Positions 44,480 through 54,518 of a stretch of DNA of 64,000 nt are shown one piece after another (the stretch's first letter is position 1; every line of letters starts with the position of its first letter). The stretch covers positions 32,001 through 96,000 of the forward strand of contig JANRIL010000006.1 in the NCBI GenBank assembly GCA_033764955.1, written 5' to 3'. The position numbers were made by a program, and so were the translations under genes. Below the pieces are notes generated by a model. It was not told where the DNA came from. It saw only the letters and a program-made list of their open reading frames with translations, and did no database searches. This stretch comes from Cyanobacteriota bacterium (GTDB taxonomy: Bacteria > Cyanobacteriota > Cyanobacteriia > Thermostichales > Thermostichaceae).

Positions 44480-45297
44480 CCTTCCCGTGGGGAGGATTGG
44501 GGGCGGCTGGGACGGAAGAGGTGGGCATGTTCCTGGCTATAGAGGCGGGAGCGCTGAGGTGTTGCTTCGGCCAAGGCAGGACTAATCACATAGAGAACCG
44601 TGCGGGTGAGCTGCTGTTGCTGGGTGAGATCCGCCATTTCCACCAAAGATCCCAGGATGACCTGCTCATCAGGCCAACCCAATCGGTAACAGATAGCGAT
44701 GGGGGTGTCGGCAGGATAGTGGGCTAAAAGTTGTTGACAAGCCGCTCGGCAGTGGTGGGCACTCAAATACAAACAAAGAGAGGCTTGGTGGGCGGCGAGA
44801 CTAGCCAACTCTTCTTTCGGGGGAACGTGGGTACGCCCGTTAGCACGGGTCAAGATGATCGTCTGCACCCGTTCGGGGATGGTCAACTCCACCTGCAAGC
44901 GAGCCGCCGCCAATTGAAAGGCACTCACCCCAGGCACGATCTCCACCGCGATCTGCCGCTGTTGCAGTTCCCGCAACAATTCCTGCAATGCCCCATACAG
45001 ACAGGGATCCCCATCTTGCAGACGCACCACTTTTTGTCCGGCGGCCACCCGTTCGCTGATCATCGCTACCATCTCCTCCAAGACGAGGGAACGGGAGTCT
45101 AGCCGTTCGGCTTGCGGTTGACAGTGAGCCAGCAACGACTCCGGCACCAGGGATCCGGCATAAACCACCACATCCGCCATCGCCAGGATTTTCTGTCCCC
45201 GCAGCGTGATCAGATCAGGATCCCCTGGGCCTGCTCCTACAATCCAAACGGGATGGGTTGTTGTGGGAAGAATGGTTGTGGGAAGGATGGTTTCCAC
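44455..45297 (-). CDS. cobM: Precorrin-4 C11-methyltransferase
   Basis: [53 protein letters not shown]. Confidence 0.95.
   Translation of the reverse strand: METILPTTILPTTTHPVWIVGAGPGDPDLITLRGQKILAMADVVVYAGSLVPESLLAHCQPQAERLDSRSLVLEEMVAMISERVAAGQKVVRLQDGDPCLYGALQELLRELQQRQIAVEIVPGVSAFQLAAARLQVELTIPERVQTIILTRANGRTHVPPKEELASLAAHQASLCLYLSAHHCRAACQQLLAHYPADTPIAICYRLGWPDEQVILGSLVEMADLTQQQQLTRTVLYVISPALAEATPQRSRLYSQEHAHLFRPSRPQSSPREGYSARKAE
45260..45289. repeat. 15-bp tandem duplication in the cobM 5' end (TILPT x2)
   Basis: GTTGTGGGAAGAATG GTTGTGGGAAGGATG. Confidence 0.8.
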
Positions 45298-45355
45298 CTA
45301 TTGATACTACTCTCTGTGTGGGTTCAGCCTATCCAGGCTAATCTGCTTTTCACCC

Positions 45356-47554
45356 TCAAGCAACCTGTTCAAAGGCAGGATGCTCTAGGAGAGCCGCGAT
45401 CTGTTCGGGGGGTAAGGGGGCAGTAAAGTAGGATCCCTGAGCGCTTTGCCAACCCAGCTCTCGCAGCGCTGCTACCTGCCCTTCGCTATCGATACCGACG
45501 GCTATCGCCCGCATTCCCAAACTTTCCGCCAGCGTTAAGGTGACTTGAGCCAGGTGCAACCAGAGGGATTCGCTGATCTGAGTGTGGCCGGGATCCCACT
45601 TGCAGGCCGGGATACCCAATTGCAGCAGTTGAGGTAAAGAAAGCCCACCACTGCCAAATTGATCCAAGAGCAGCCCCACCCCCAAACTTTGAAATTGTGC
45701 CAGCCGTTTGCTGACCAGCCATTCTTTTTGGGCTAGTAGGGGTTCGGGAATCTCTAGGCAGAGGCTCTGGGGAGGCAGTTCATGCTCCGTTAATAGAGTG
45801 GCTATCTGCTCAACCAAATCTCCTTGGGCAAGCTGGCGGGATCCCAGGTTAAGGTGAATGCGTAGCGTCTGAGCCACGGCAAACTGCCGTCGCCACTGCC
45901 GTAGATGCCAGCACACCTGTTGCAGCAGCCATTCTCCCGCCGGAACGATCAAACCTGTTTCTTCGGCAATCGAGAGCAATTCTCCAGAGTCTACCAGTCC
46001 GCGTTCGGGGTGCTGCCAAGCCAAAAAAGCCTCTAACCCCTCGATCTGGCCCGTGCTTAGACTCACCATCGGCTGATAGCGCACCCGCAGTTCCTGGTGA
46101 TCCACTGCCTGCCGCAATTCCTCCTCCCACTGTGCCCTCGCTTTGGCATAGCTGTGAATCAGAGGATCGTAGACTTCATAGCAGGCTGATCCCCGCTGCT
46201 TGGCTCGATACATCGCCACATCGGCTTGATGGAGGACTTGTTCAGGGTTGTGGTTTTGCGCTCCGGCAATGGCAATACCAATACTGACGGTCATGCTAAT
46301 CTCTTGTCCGCCAATCAAGAACGGTTCCGCCATTTCGCGGTGGATCCGCTCGGCAACACGGGTGGCATCGCTGATTTGCTGGATCCCTTCCAGCAGAATG
46401 GCGAACTCATCTCCTCCCAAACGAGCTACGGTGTCAATAGTGCGGAGACAAATCTCTAGACGGCGGGCTGTGCTGCTCAACAACTGATCACCCACCAAAT
46501 GGCCAAGGGTGTCATTGATGCTCTTAAAGCGGTTGAGATCCAAAAACAATACGGCAAACCGCAAGCCGGGAGAACGAGGCGCCCGTTCCGCCAGTCGTTG
46601 CAGCCGATCCATAAACAGGGCACGGTTGGCCAGCCCCGTTAAAGCATCGTGCAGCGGACTAAGAGTGCGCTGCGGATCCCCAAAGGCTCCTTGGCTGATG
46701 TCCCGAAACACCAAGACGGCTCCCGTGGTATTGCCGCCTTCATCCCGCAGGGGAGCCGCACTATCCCGCACCGGCACCTCACTACCATCGCGGGTGAGCA
46801 GGAGAGCCGGTTGTGGGGATCCAAGCGCAATGTGACCGGCCAGGGCTTTATCCACGAGGCTGACGGTGGGACGGCGGGTTTGGGCATCGACGGTTCTAAA
46901 AATTTCCGTAACTGGCTTACCCAAGGAATCCGGCTGTTTCCAGCCCGTTATACACTCAGCCACCGGATTGATGAAGGTAACTCGTCCCACCGGATCGGTG
47001 GCAATCACCGCATCCCCTACACTATTGAGGGTGGAAACCAGCCACTGTTCAAGGCTGTTGAGCTTTGCTGCCATGCGATGGCGATAGAGGGAAAATTCAA
47101 TGGCTAACCACCAGGATTGTCGATCCGAAGGAGCCAGCCGTAAGGGTTCCTGCCATCTGGGGTTTCCCTCCTCCTCCCATGAACAAGGCCAAGGGTTTAG
47201 AGGAAGAGGAGCTGCCTGTTCAGAACTAGGGGAAAAATCCTCCAGAGGATCGATACCATCTGCGGGGGCGGCGGGATGAGGGGAGTACGGAGATGCTAAT
47301 TGAAAAAACAGACGAGGGCGTTCCGTAGAGAGAAGCGCCACTTGCGGTTCGGCGAGTGCCCGATCCACCAAGGATCCCCCCTCATAGGGGGTTTGTTGCA
47401 AGACCAGATCAGGTTGAACCGTCTCTAGGTATGCGGGGGTTACCGCCTCCGTATCCACAACCCCAACGACACCATACCCCAGCTCTGCCAGGGTTTGTTG
47501 GAGTAACTCAAGCTGGGGGCTAGCTCCCACAATCAGGATTCTTGCTGTCGCCAT
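45356..47554 (-). CDS. Pseudo-receiver-PAS-GGDEF-degenerate EAL protein
   Basis: PAS (GDAVIATD..G.VTFINPVAE), HDALTGLANR, RTID I-site plus RLGGDEF; EAL part has EAF and LLDQFGSG. Confidence 0.92.
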   Translation of the reverse strand: MATARILIVGASPQLELLQQTLAELGYGVVGVVDTEAVTPAYLETVQPDLVLQQTPYEGGSLVDRALAEPQVALLSTERPRLFFQLASPYSPHPAAPADGIDPLEDFSPSSEQAAPLPLNPWPCSWEEEGNPRWQEPLRLAPSDRQSWWLAIEFSLYRHRMAAKLNSLEQWLVSTLNSVGDAVIATDPVGRVTFINPVAECITGWKQPDSLGKPVTEIFRTVDAQTRRPTVSLVDKALAGHIALGSPQPALLLTRDGSEVPVRDSAAPLRDEGGNTTGAVLVFRDISQGAFGDPQRTLSPLHDALTGLANRALFMDRLQRLAERAPRSPGLRFAVLFLDLNRFKSINDTLGHLVGDQLLSSTARRLEICLRTIDTVARLGGDEFAILLEGIQQISDATRVAERIHREMAEPFLIGGQEISMTVSIGIAIAGAQNHNPEQVLHQADVAMYRAKQRGSACYEVYDPLIHSYAKARAQWEEELRQAVDHQELRVRYQPMVSLSTGQIEGLEAFLAWQHPERGLVDSGELLSIAEETGLIVPAGEWLLQQVCWHLRQWRRQFAVAQTLRIHLNLGSRQLAQGDLVEQIATLLTEHELPPQSLCLEIPEPLLAQKEWLVSKRLAQFQSLGVGLLLDQFGSGGLSLPQLLQLGIPACKWDPGHTQISESLWLHLAQVTLTLAESLGMRAIAVGIDSEGQVAALRELGWQSAQGSYFTAPLPPEQIAALLEHPAFEQVA

Positions 47555-47906
47555 ACCACATGCCTACCCGCCTCAACGCTTATTCTATGAAAAAATCATG
47601 AACCCAAATCAGGAGCATTTTGGGATCCCCACCCGTCTACTCTTCAGGAAAGAGCATTACAGCTAGATATGTTTTTCTTCATTTAGCAACGTTACACACT
47701 ATCCCTAGTCTTGGCTATCCCCTTTGGGCAATTGTCATGACCAGTTTGGGTAAGCCAAATTTCTTCTTCTCCTTCATAAAAATTTTAACTTAAGATTCTT
47801 GAAGCATTCCTCCCCCGTATTGGAGGGGGATTTTCACAGTCACTCAAATTTTGAGCAGTGTGGGGTTAAACCTGCGAATGCCTAGCTTCTTTTGCCAGAA
47901 TGAAGC

Positions 47907-48674
47907 TCACAGGGTGTGGTCATACGGATTGGTGGGGGTGGGCATGGGTGTAACATTCTCCGCCTGAATGACGAGTTGAGGGGATCCCGCTATGGTTTCT
48001 ACGGTCATGCGACCTTGCACCATTTGCCAAGAATCGGCGGGTAAGGACTCTCCCTCCGACCAGTGAACGGGTAACCCCACCGGATAGGCATCGGCGGCAC
48101 AACAACTGATCAAAAAGCGGGTGATCCAAAACTGGTTAGGCGGAGCCGACTCAGGATGCACAACAAAACCCTTTAGGTTGACTGGTTGTCCCACATAGGT
48201 TTGGGGATCCGGATAGGCATTGAGGAGGCGCACCCAATCGATCAAGCTGCGTTGAGCCGGATCCAACTGCGGACGAAACTCTACCGTTTCATAGCGGGTA
48301 GTCCCCAGGTTTTGGGCTACCCCCCGATTGAGGGCAGTTTGTCCAGATAAAGGTTGGGGGGGGATCCAAAATCCTAAACAACAGGTGGCGATAAGAAGCC
48401 ATCCACCCAGGGGCTTGAGGGGGGTGGCGGGGTGGGAGGTGGGGGACGCCTCCCCTTGCCAAAACCGTCCTATTCGGTAGCAACCCAAGGTCAGCAAAAG
48501 GCAGCCCGTCAGGGTAACCGCCCAGATAAAGTCCTTTTGCACCACCAAAAATAACTGATTCCCCAGGCGATAGCTGAGCAGGAGCACGCCTAAGAGCAAG
48601 AGGGCTAGGGCTTCACTGCCACTCTGCCAGTCCAGTGTTTTGAGGAAATGCCCTCGGCCTTGCCTAGCCCCCAT
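47907..48674 (-). CDS. TIGR03943/DUF1980 putative permease subunit
   Basis: N-terminal TMs, RSLIDWVR, RFLISCCAADAYPVGL, P.P.NPY; start uncertain. Confidence 0.88.
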   Translation of the reverse strand: MGARQGRGHFLKTLDWQSGSEALALLLLGVLLLSYRLGNQLFLVVQKDFIWAVTLTGCLLLTLGCYRIGRFWQGEASPTSHPATPLKPLGGWLLIATCCLGFWIPPQPLSGQTALNRGVAQNLGTTRYETVEFRPQLDPAQRSLIDWVRLLNAYPDPQTYVGQPVNLKGFVVHPESAPPNQFWITRFLISCCAADAYPVGLPVHWSEGESLPADSWQMVQGRMTVETIAGSPQLVIQAENVTPMPTPTNPYDHTL

Positions 48675-48790
48675 CACAACAAGCTGACTCCCAATGATTG
48701 TTGAAGCTGATCTTATCGTCAATCATAGGAACTGCTGAACAATGGCCACAACTAGGTCGGGATCGCGGCAGCGCAAGAATGGGTTGAGAA

Positions 48791-48880
48791 CGGAGAGGGA
48801 GGGATTCGAACCCTCGAAGGAGCTTTTGACCCCTTAACTTCTTAGCAGGAAGCCGCTTTCGACCACTCAGCCACCTCTCC
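48791..48880 (-). tRNA. trnS: tRNA-Ser(GCT)
   Basis: GGAGAGGTGGCTGAGTGGTCGAAAGCG-GCTTC-CTGCTAA-GAAGT, long variable arm, GAGGGTTCGAATCCCTC-CCTCTCCG; CCA not encoded. Confidence 0.98.
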
Positions 48881-49163
48881 AGATTTGCAGTTTTTGGGCT
48901 AACTCAGAAAGGGGGGGAAGTCCTCCTGTGCCTGAACTCGTTTTGCCGGTTTCAGGACACCCAAATAGTGCTTGTCTATTGTATAGGGTGGGGATCCGCA
49001 ACAGCAATGGTTGACCCTGACTTTTTCTAAGCCATTCCTGACCTCCGTGAGCCGCTGATCCCCAGAAAAGCTTAATCCACGGATAAACCCGCCTTTACAC
49101 GGCTGACGAGTTCAACCGCTATTGTGTTGGGTAGCACACACTGCCTTCCTCTCCTCTCCCCCT

Positions 49164-49811
49164 ATGACGCATTTCCCTCTGGCTTCGAGTATGGCGGCTG
49201 GGGTTCCAAGCCGTGAACGACAACTGCTGGAAGATCTTTATCGTGAGCGTACCCTGCATCCCTATGCTAGTGGGCAGGCCATTCCCCTGCATCCCGACGA
49301 GTGGGTGGTAGTCTGTCGGGGTTACGTGCAAATTTCGACCTTCTATGCCAATGGCAACGAGGCATTGCTGGGCTTTGCGGGACCTTCGATGCCCCTGGGA
49401 TCCCCTCTTACAGCTCTGGATCCCTATCAAGCAACAGCGCTCAGTGATGTGGATGTGCTGCGGTTATCCACCGCTGAAGTGGAAGCTTCCGAGGTATTGG
49501 CGAAGGGGTTGCTGCGCCATCTGATCCGTCGTCTACGCCAAACCGAGGCACTGTTAGCCCTAAGCGGGCGGCGGCGGGTGGAAGATCGCTTGCAAAATTT
49601 GCTGGCATTGCTGGCGCTGGAAATGGGATCCCCCACTACCACCGGCACCCGCCTCAATGTGCGTCTCACCCATCAAAACCTGGCTAACTCCATTGGCACC
49701 ACCCGTGTGACGATCACCCGCTTACTGAACCGTTTTCGGCAAGAGGGCTGGCTAACCATCGATAAAAACCGTCATTTCGTGCTGCGTTTGTCGGCTTTTG
49801 TCCACGAATAA
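49164..49811 (+). CDS. Crp/Fnr-family transcriptional regulator
   Basis: cNMP-like beta-roll, VEDRL..LL..LA, LTHQNLANSIGTTRVTITRLL HTH. Confidence 0.93.
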   Translation: MTHFPLASSMAAGVPSRERQLLEDLYRERTLHPYASGQAIPLHPDEWVVVCRGYVQISTFYANGNEALLGFAGPSMPLGSPLTALDPYQATALSDVDVLRLSTAEVEASEVLAKGLLRHLIRRLRQTEALLALSGRRRVEDRLQNLLALLALEMGSPTTTGTRLNVRLTHQNLANSIGTTRVTITRLLNRFRQEGWLTIDKNRHFVLRLSAFVHE

Positions 49812-50097
49812 ACTCTTTCTTCTTTCTGCTTGGTTTCGGTCACTCTCCGGCTAATTTCCTCAAAAAAACAGACCGTTAACGGCTGATTTGGGGAGTATGA
49901 GCCATTGACTCCATAACCGTTTTCAGGGTGATTTACTAATGGATTGCAGATGGCTGATTAGATAAGGATCGAGCCTAAACACGGAAAAGCGACCTGTATA
50001 AAACTATCTCAATCATCCCTTAGATCTTAAAGTGATCTCAAAAAACTAGCCTTCTAAACCGTAAATAAACCGTGAAACTCTGCCTCTAGAATGCGGA

Positions 50098-50142
50098 CTT
50101 AATTCATCATTAAATATGCCTTAACCAAAACATGATTACAAT
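50098..50142 (+). promoter_or_regulatory. Pho box (SphR/PhoB) and -10 of phoX
   Basis: CTTAATTC / ATTAAATA / CTTAACCA at an exact 11-bp period (50098, 50109, 50120), matching PyTTAAPyPy(T/A); TACAAT at 50137. Confidence 0.75.
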
Positions 50143-50282
50143 CTAGGGTAAACGGTGGGTAGGATTTTTTGGGATCCCTTCTGAAGTGGTTAGCTAGGAC
50201 TGTTTGAATCTATCTAATTATAGTGAAGAAATCCCTAAAATGAAAACTCCTTAACTCAAAAACTTAACCCAATCACAACAAC

Positions 50283-52607
50283 ATGGTTAGCGTATCTCGC
50301 AGAAAATTTGTTCAAACATTAGGTATTGGTTTTGGTGCAGCAGCCCTTGGCCCGTTGCTACAAAAAAACCAATCTTTAGCAATGCCTTTTCAGGATAGCT
50401 TACAGGTGGCAGCCGCTGGAGAAATGAGCTTTAAGCCGATTCGTGCTGCCCTTCCCTTTCCCACCGATGGCATTGATCTAGCCAGTGAAGCTGAGTTTTA
50501 TTCCACTTTTACCGTTATTGATGATGTGGTTTTACCCGAGGGGTTTGAATATACCGTCATCACCAGTTGGGGGGATGATCTGGGCAATGGAGATCGGGTT
50601 GGCTTTAACCATGACTACACCAGTTTCCTGCCGATGAATGAAGCCGGAGATGAAGGGTTGCTCTCCATCAATCATGAATACATTGACCCGATGGCTTGGA
50701 TGAGTGCCTATGGCAAAGTCATTCAGGATGCTCCGGTGATTAGCCGTGTTCAAAATGTCATCCTCAACGAAGCCGAAGAAACCTTCACGGACGATGAAAT
50801 TAAGTTCGTTTGCGGAGAAGCTCTGCGAGAAATGGGTGTAAGCGTCCAGATGATCAAAAAGTCCTCTGGAAAATGGCAGCCCACAGCCAGCCCGTATGGT
50901 CGAGCCATTAGTGGAATTTCCGGTTTAGGCATCAACAAGGTGGGCGCTACCGAATATCAAGGGGTGCAAGGTCGCACTGATTATTTAGTAGCTTCGGGGC
51001 CTGCTTTGCAGGTGTTTGAACAAGGGTGGGATGGGTTAGGCAACCGCATCATTGGCACCATCGGCAATTGCAGTGGTGGTGACACTCCCTGGGGAACCGT
51101 CATGACCGCAGAAGAAAACTTCCAAAGCTGGGTACAAGAGCCTGTATTGCCCAATGGTCAGTCTCCTCTTCCCAACGGAGATTTTGACATCAGTGACGCC
51201 TCCAGCAAGCTAGCCGCGCTTGCCTTAACCGATGTCATCAAATTTGACGCCGAAGATGGCGTGCGGGGTGCTGGCAGTGCTTTCATGCTAGCGGGCAACA
51301 AATATGGCTGGATGGTCGAGATTGACCCCACCATGCCGGATGCTCATCCTGTCAAACACACCGCCTTGGGTCGCTTCCGTCACGAAAACATTACCTTCCG
51401 CGCCGAAGAAGGCAAGCCCTTGGTGGCCTATATGGGTGATGATCGGCGGGGTGGACACACGTGGAAATATGTCAGCAAAGGGATCTATCGGGCGGCAGCG
51501 GGCAAAGCCAACAGTCAGTTGCTTACCGAAGGGACTCTCTATGCGGCCAAGTTGGATCCGATGACCAAAGACAGCCAGGGCGGCAAGGGAGTGTGGATCC
51601 CGTTGACGATGGATACTCCCATCAACCCGATTCCTCTGGCCTATTTGACCCCCGATAAAGATAGAAAAACAGGAGCCGCCAAATACAACTTCCAACTGCC
51701 TGCTCGTCAAGCACTAGGCCACAAAAATGATGGTGGATCCTTCAAACCCCAGACTCAAGCCGAGATCATGAACTTCATGGCTCGCTACAAAACGCTTGGG
51801 GATCTCTACGAGAGCCAAGGTGCGATCATGATCGATGCCTTCTTGGCGGCAAATGCCGTGGGAGCCACACCGACCGCTCGCCCTGAAGATTTGGAAGTGC
51901 ATCCCTTTGACAAGTCGGTCTACATTGCCTACACCGACGGTCGGATTGGCGGAGATGGCAGCCCTGATGCCCGTACGTTCCTTACCCGTACCAAGGACGC
52001 TAACGACATTGGCAAAGCCGGCCCACAACCTTTTGGAGCGATCTTCCGCTTGTTGGAAGAGGGCAATGAACCCACAGCCATGAGTTTTAGCTACGAGGTA
52101 TTTCAATCTTCAGGGGAAGTGGGATCCGGTGGCCCTGGCTACGCCAACGTGGACAACCTCGTGTTTGACCCCAATGGCAACCTTTGGCTGGTTACCGATC
52201 AATCCACCAGTGGACACAACCGAGCCATCAAAGATCGCAAAAAAGACCCGATCAACGGTGCTTTTGGCAGCAACTCTCTGATCTTTGTGCCCACCTCTGG
52301 CCCTGATGCCGGCAAGCCTTATCTCTTCTCCTATGGCCCTGTGGAGTGTGAGATGACGGGTCCCACCTTTACCAGAGACGGGCAGACTCTCTTCATCGCC
52401 GTGCAGCATCCCGGCGAGGTGAACGGCATCCGCAAACAGAAGAAGCAAGAGGTACGGGAGATGGAACTGCTTGCCCGTGATGGCAAGAGCACCTTCAAGC
52501 AGACTCGCGTCGTGCCGATGGGTAGCAACTGGCCGACCGGTAGTGATGGGGATCCCCCCAAGCCCTCGGTGATTGCTATCCAAAAGAAACAAGGTGGCAT
52601 CGCTTAA
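50283..52607 (+). CDS. phoX: PhoX-family alkaline phosphatase (Tat-exported)
   Basis: SRRKFV Tat signal, GFNHDY, INHEY, NCSGGDTPWGT..TAEEN, GRFRHEN, RPED, NVDN, CEMTGP, QHPGE. Confidence 0.95.
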   Translation: MVSVSRRKFVQTLGIGFGAAALGPLLQKNQSLAMPFQDSLQVAAAGEMSFKPIRAALPFPTDGIDLASEAEFYSTFTVIDDVVLPEGFEYTVITSWGDDLGNGDRVGFNHDYTSFLPMNEAGDEGLLSINHEYIDPMAWMSAYGKVIQDAPVISRVQNVILNEAEETFTDDEIKFVCGEALREMGVSVQMIKKSSGKWQPTASPYGRAISGISGLGINKVGATEYQGVQGRTDYLVASGPALQVFEQGWDGLGNRIIGTIGNCSGGDTPWGTVMTAEENFQSWVQEPVLPNGQSPLPNGDFDISDASSKLAALALTDVIKFDAEDGVRGAGSAFMLAGNKYGWMVEIDPTMPDAHPVKHTALGRFRHENITFRAEEGKPLVAYMGDDRRGGHTWKYVSKGIYRAAAGKANSQLLTEGTLYAAKLDPMTKDSQGGKGVWIPLTMDTPINPIPLAYLTPDKDRKTGAAKYNFQLPARQALGHKNDGGSFKPQTQAEIMNFMARYKTLGDLYESQGAIMIDAFLAANAVGATPTARPEDLEVHPFDKSVYIAYTDGRIGGDGSPDARTFLTRTKDANDIGKAGPQPFGAIFRLLEEGNEPTAMSFSYEVFQSSGEVGSGGPGYANVDNLVFDPNGNLWLVTDQSTSGHNRAIKDRKKDPINGAFGSNSLIFVPTSGPDAGKPYLFSYGPVECEMTGPTFTRDGQTLFIAVQHPGEVNGIRKQKKQEVREMELLARDGKSTFKQTRVVPMGSNWPTGSDGDPPKPSVIAIQKKQGGIA

Positions 52608-52662
52608 GCGGAGGATCCCTGCCGAAGCTCTCTAGGGATCCAGGCATCTGATTCCCTTAACT

Positions 52663-52696
52663 CAACCCTCACTGCTAGCCAGTGGGGGTTGTTTAT
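52663..52696 (+). terminator. Rho-independent terminator of phoX
   Basis: CAACCCTCACTG-CTAGC-CAGTGGGGGTTG-TTTAT. Confidence 0.75.
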
Positions 52697-52792
52697 GACT
52701 TCTCATTACCCTTAGTTCCTGAAGATGGCTTGTAGGGGAGCAGTCTTTGATGAGATATTAAGATTTATCAAACTCCTGAGCAGCCATAGCCT

Positions 52793-54436
52793 ATGAATCG
52801 CCAACAAGCCCTTGTCATCGGATCGGGATTCGGTGGATTGTCGATGGGCATTCGCCTGCAAAGTTTGGGGTTTGACACCACGATTGTCGAAAAGTTATCC
52901 ATTCCGGGTGGACGAGCCTGTGTTCGCCAGGTGGATGGGTTTACCTTTGATATGGGGCCAACGGTGATCACGGTTCCCCATTTTATTGAAGAACTTTTCT
53001 CCCTAGAACGGGATCAGGCGGATTTGACTTCTCCCGATTTTCCGACAGAGATTGTGGATGAAAGTAAGCGGATTACGTCAGGGATTTCTGGCGGATCCCA
53101 TACCAGTCGCTATGTGTCCATCATCCCCATCTTGCCCTTTTATCGCATTTATTTTGATGACCAAACCTTCTTTGATTATGACGGGGATCCCGTCCATACT
53201 CGCCAGCAGATTCAACAATTGGGTGAGCCGGGAGATCTAGAGGGTTATGAGCGATTTCACCGGGATGCGAAAGCTATCTTTGAGCGGGGTTTTTTGGAAT
53301 TGGGTTACACCCACTTTGGCACGCCAGGATCCATGCTGAAAGTGGCTCCTGATTTGATGCGGTTGGATGCCGTGCGGACTCTTTTTGGGTTTAGCAGTAA
53401 ATATTTTAAGAGTGACAAGCTCCGCCAAGTTTTTAGCTTTGAGACCCTTTTGGTGGGGGGGAATCCCCTCTCGGTTCCCGCTATCTATGCCATGATTCAC
53501 TTTGTGGAAAAAACCTGGGGTATTCATTTTGCGATGGGGGGAACCGGAGCTTTGGTGAATGGTTTTGTGCGTAAGTTTGAGGAGCTTGGGGGTAAAATTC
53601 GCTATAACTCAGAGGTGCGTCAAATTAATGTGGAGCGGCGGGCAGGCAAAAAAGTTGCCACAGGGGTAACTCTTGCGGATGGAACTGTGTTATCGGCTGA
53701 TCTAGTGGTCTCCAATGGGGATTGGGCTACCACCTATGGAAAGTGGATTGCTCCTCAATATCGCTTCTGGAATAGCAATATCCGCATCCAATTGACCCAA
53801 CAGTCCATGTCTCTGTTTGTGATTTATTTTGGCTTTAAAGCCGATGGCAAAGAATCGGAGCAATTGCGCCATCACACCATCATTCTTGGCCCCCGCTACG
53901 AAGAACTTCTCAAGGATATTTTTGGGCGGAAAATTTTAGCTAAAGATTTTTCTCAATACCTGCATGTGCCCACCCTGACGGATCCCTCTCTGGCTCCCCC
54001 CGGATACCATGCTGCCTATACTCTCCTGCCTGTCCCCCACAATGGATCGGGCATCAATTGGCAAGAGGCGGCTGAACCGCTCATGAATACGGTCTTCACC
54101 TTTTTGGAGGAGCGGGGCTATTTGCCAGGATTGAAAGGGCGGTTAGTGCATCAGAGCTACATTACTCCCGATTATTTTGAGCACACCCTCAGTTCCTATC
54201 TAGGAAACGCCTTTGGCCCCGAACCCCTCCTGCGACAATCCGCCTTTTTCCGACCCCATAATCGCAGTGAAGACATCACCGGACTTTATCTAGTGGGAGC
54301 AGGCACACAGCCGGGGGCGGGTACTCCCAGTGTGATGATGTCGGCAAAGATGACCGCTCGCTTAATCGCCAACGATTTCGCCATTTCTGAGGCGATAGTT
54401 CAAGGCAAAAGCAACTCCCAGTTGGCCTATCGCTAA
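52793..54436 (+). CDS. crtI: Bacterial-type phytoene desaturase (CrtI family)
   Basis: [50 protein letters not shown]. Confidence 0.9.
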   Translation: MNRQQALVIGSGFGGLSMGIRLQSLGFDTTIVEKLSIPGGRACVRQVDGFTFDMGPTVITVPHFIEELFSLERDQADLTSPDFPTEIVDESKRITSGISGGSHTSRYVSIIPILPFYRIYFDDQTFFDYDGDPVHTRQQIQQLGEPGDLEGYERFHRDAKAIFERGFLELGYTHFGTPGSMLKVAPDLMRLDAVRTLFGFSSKYFKSDKLRQVFSFETLLVGGNPLSVPAIYAMIHFVEKTWGIHFAMGGTGALVNGFVRKFEELGGKIRYNSEVRQINVERRAGKKVATGVTLADGTVLSADLVVSNGDWATTYGKWIAPQYRFWNSNIRIQLTQQSMSLFVIYFGFKADGKESEQLRHHTIILGPRYEELLKDIFGRKILAKDFSQYLHVPTLTDPSLAPPGYHAAYTLLPVPHNGSGINWQEAAEPLMNTVFTFLEERGYLPGLKGRLVHQSYITPDYFEHTLSSYLGNAFGPEPLLRQSAFFRPHNRSEDITGLYLVGAGTQPGAGTPSVMMSAKMTARLIANDFAISEAIVQGKSNSQLAYR

Positions 54437-54471
54437 AAAGGGTTCTCATTCCCGCCCACCCTCAAAAAATT

Positions 54472-54497
54472 AGCCTGGTCGGGATCCCGACCAGGCT
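54472..54497. terminator. Perfect 26-bp palindrome centred on GGGATCCC between convergent crtI and tkt
   Basis: AGCCTGGTC-GGGATCCC-GACCAGGCT, flanked by AAAAAATT and TGTT. Confidence 0.75.
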
Positions 54498-54518
54498 TGT
54501 TGCTCTCAGCGAGACCCA

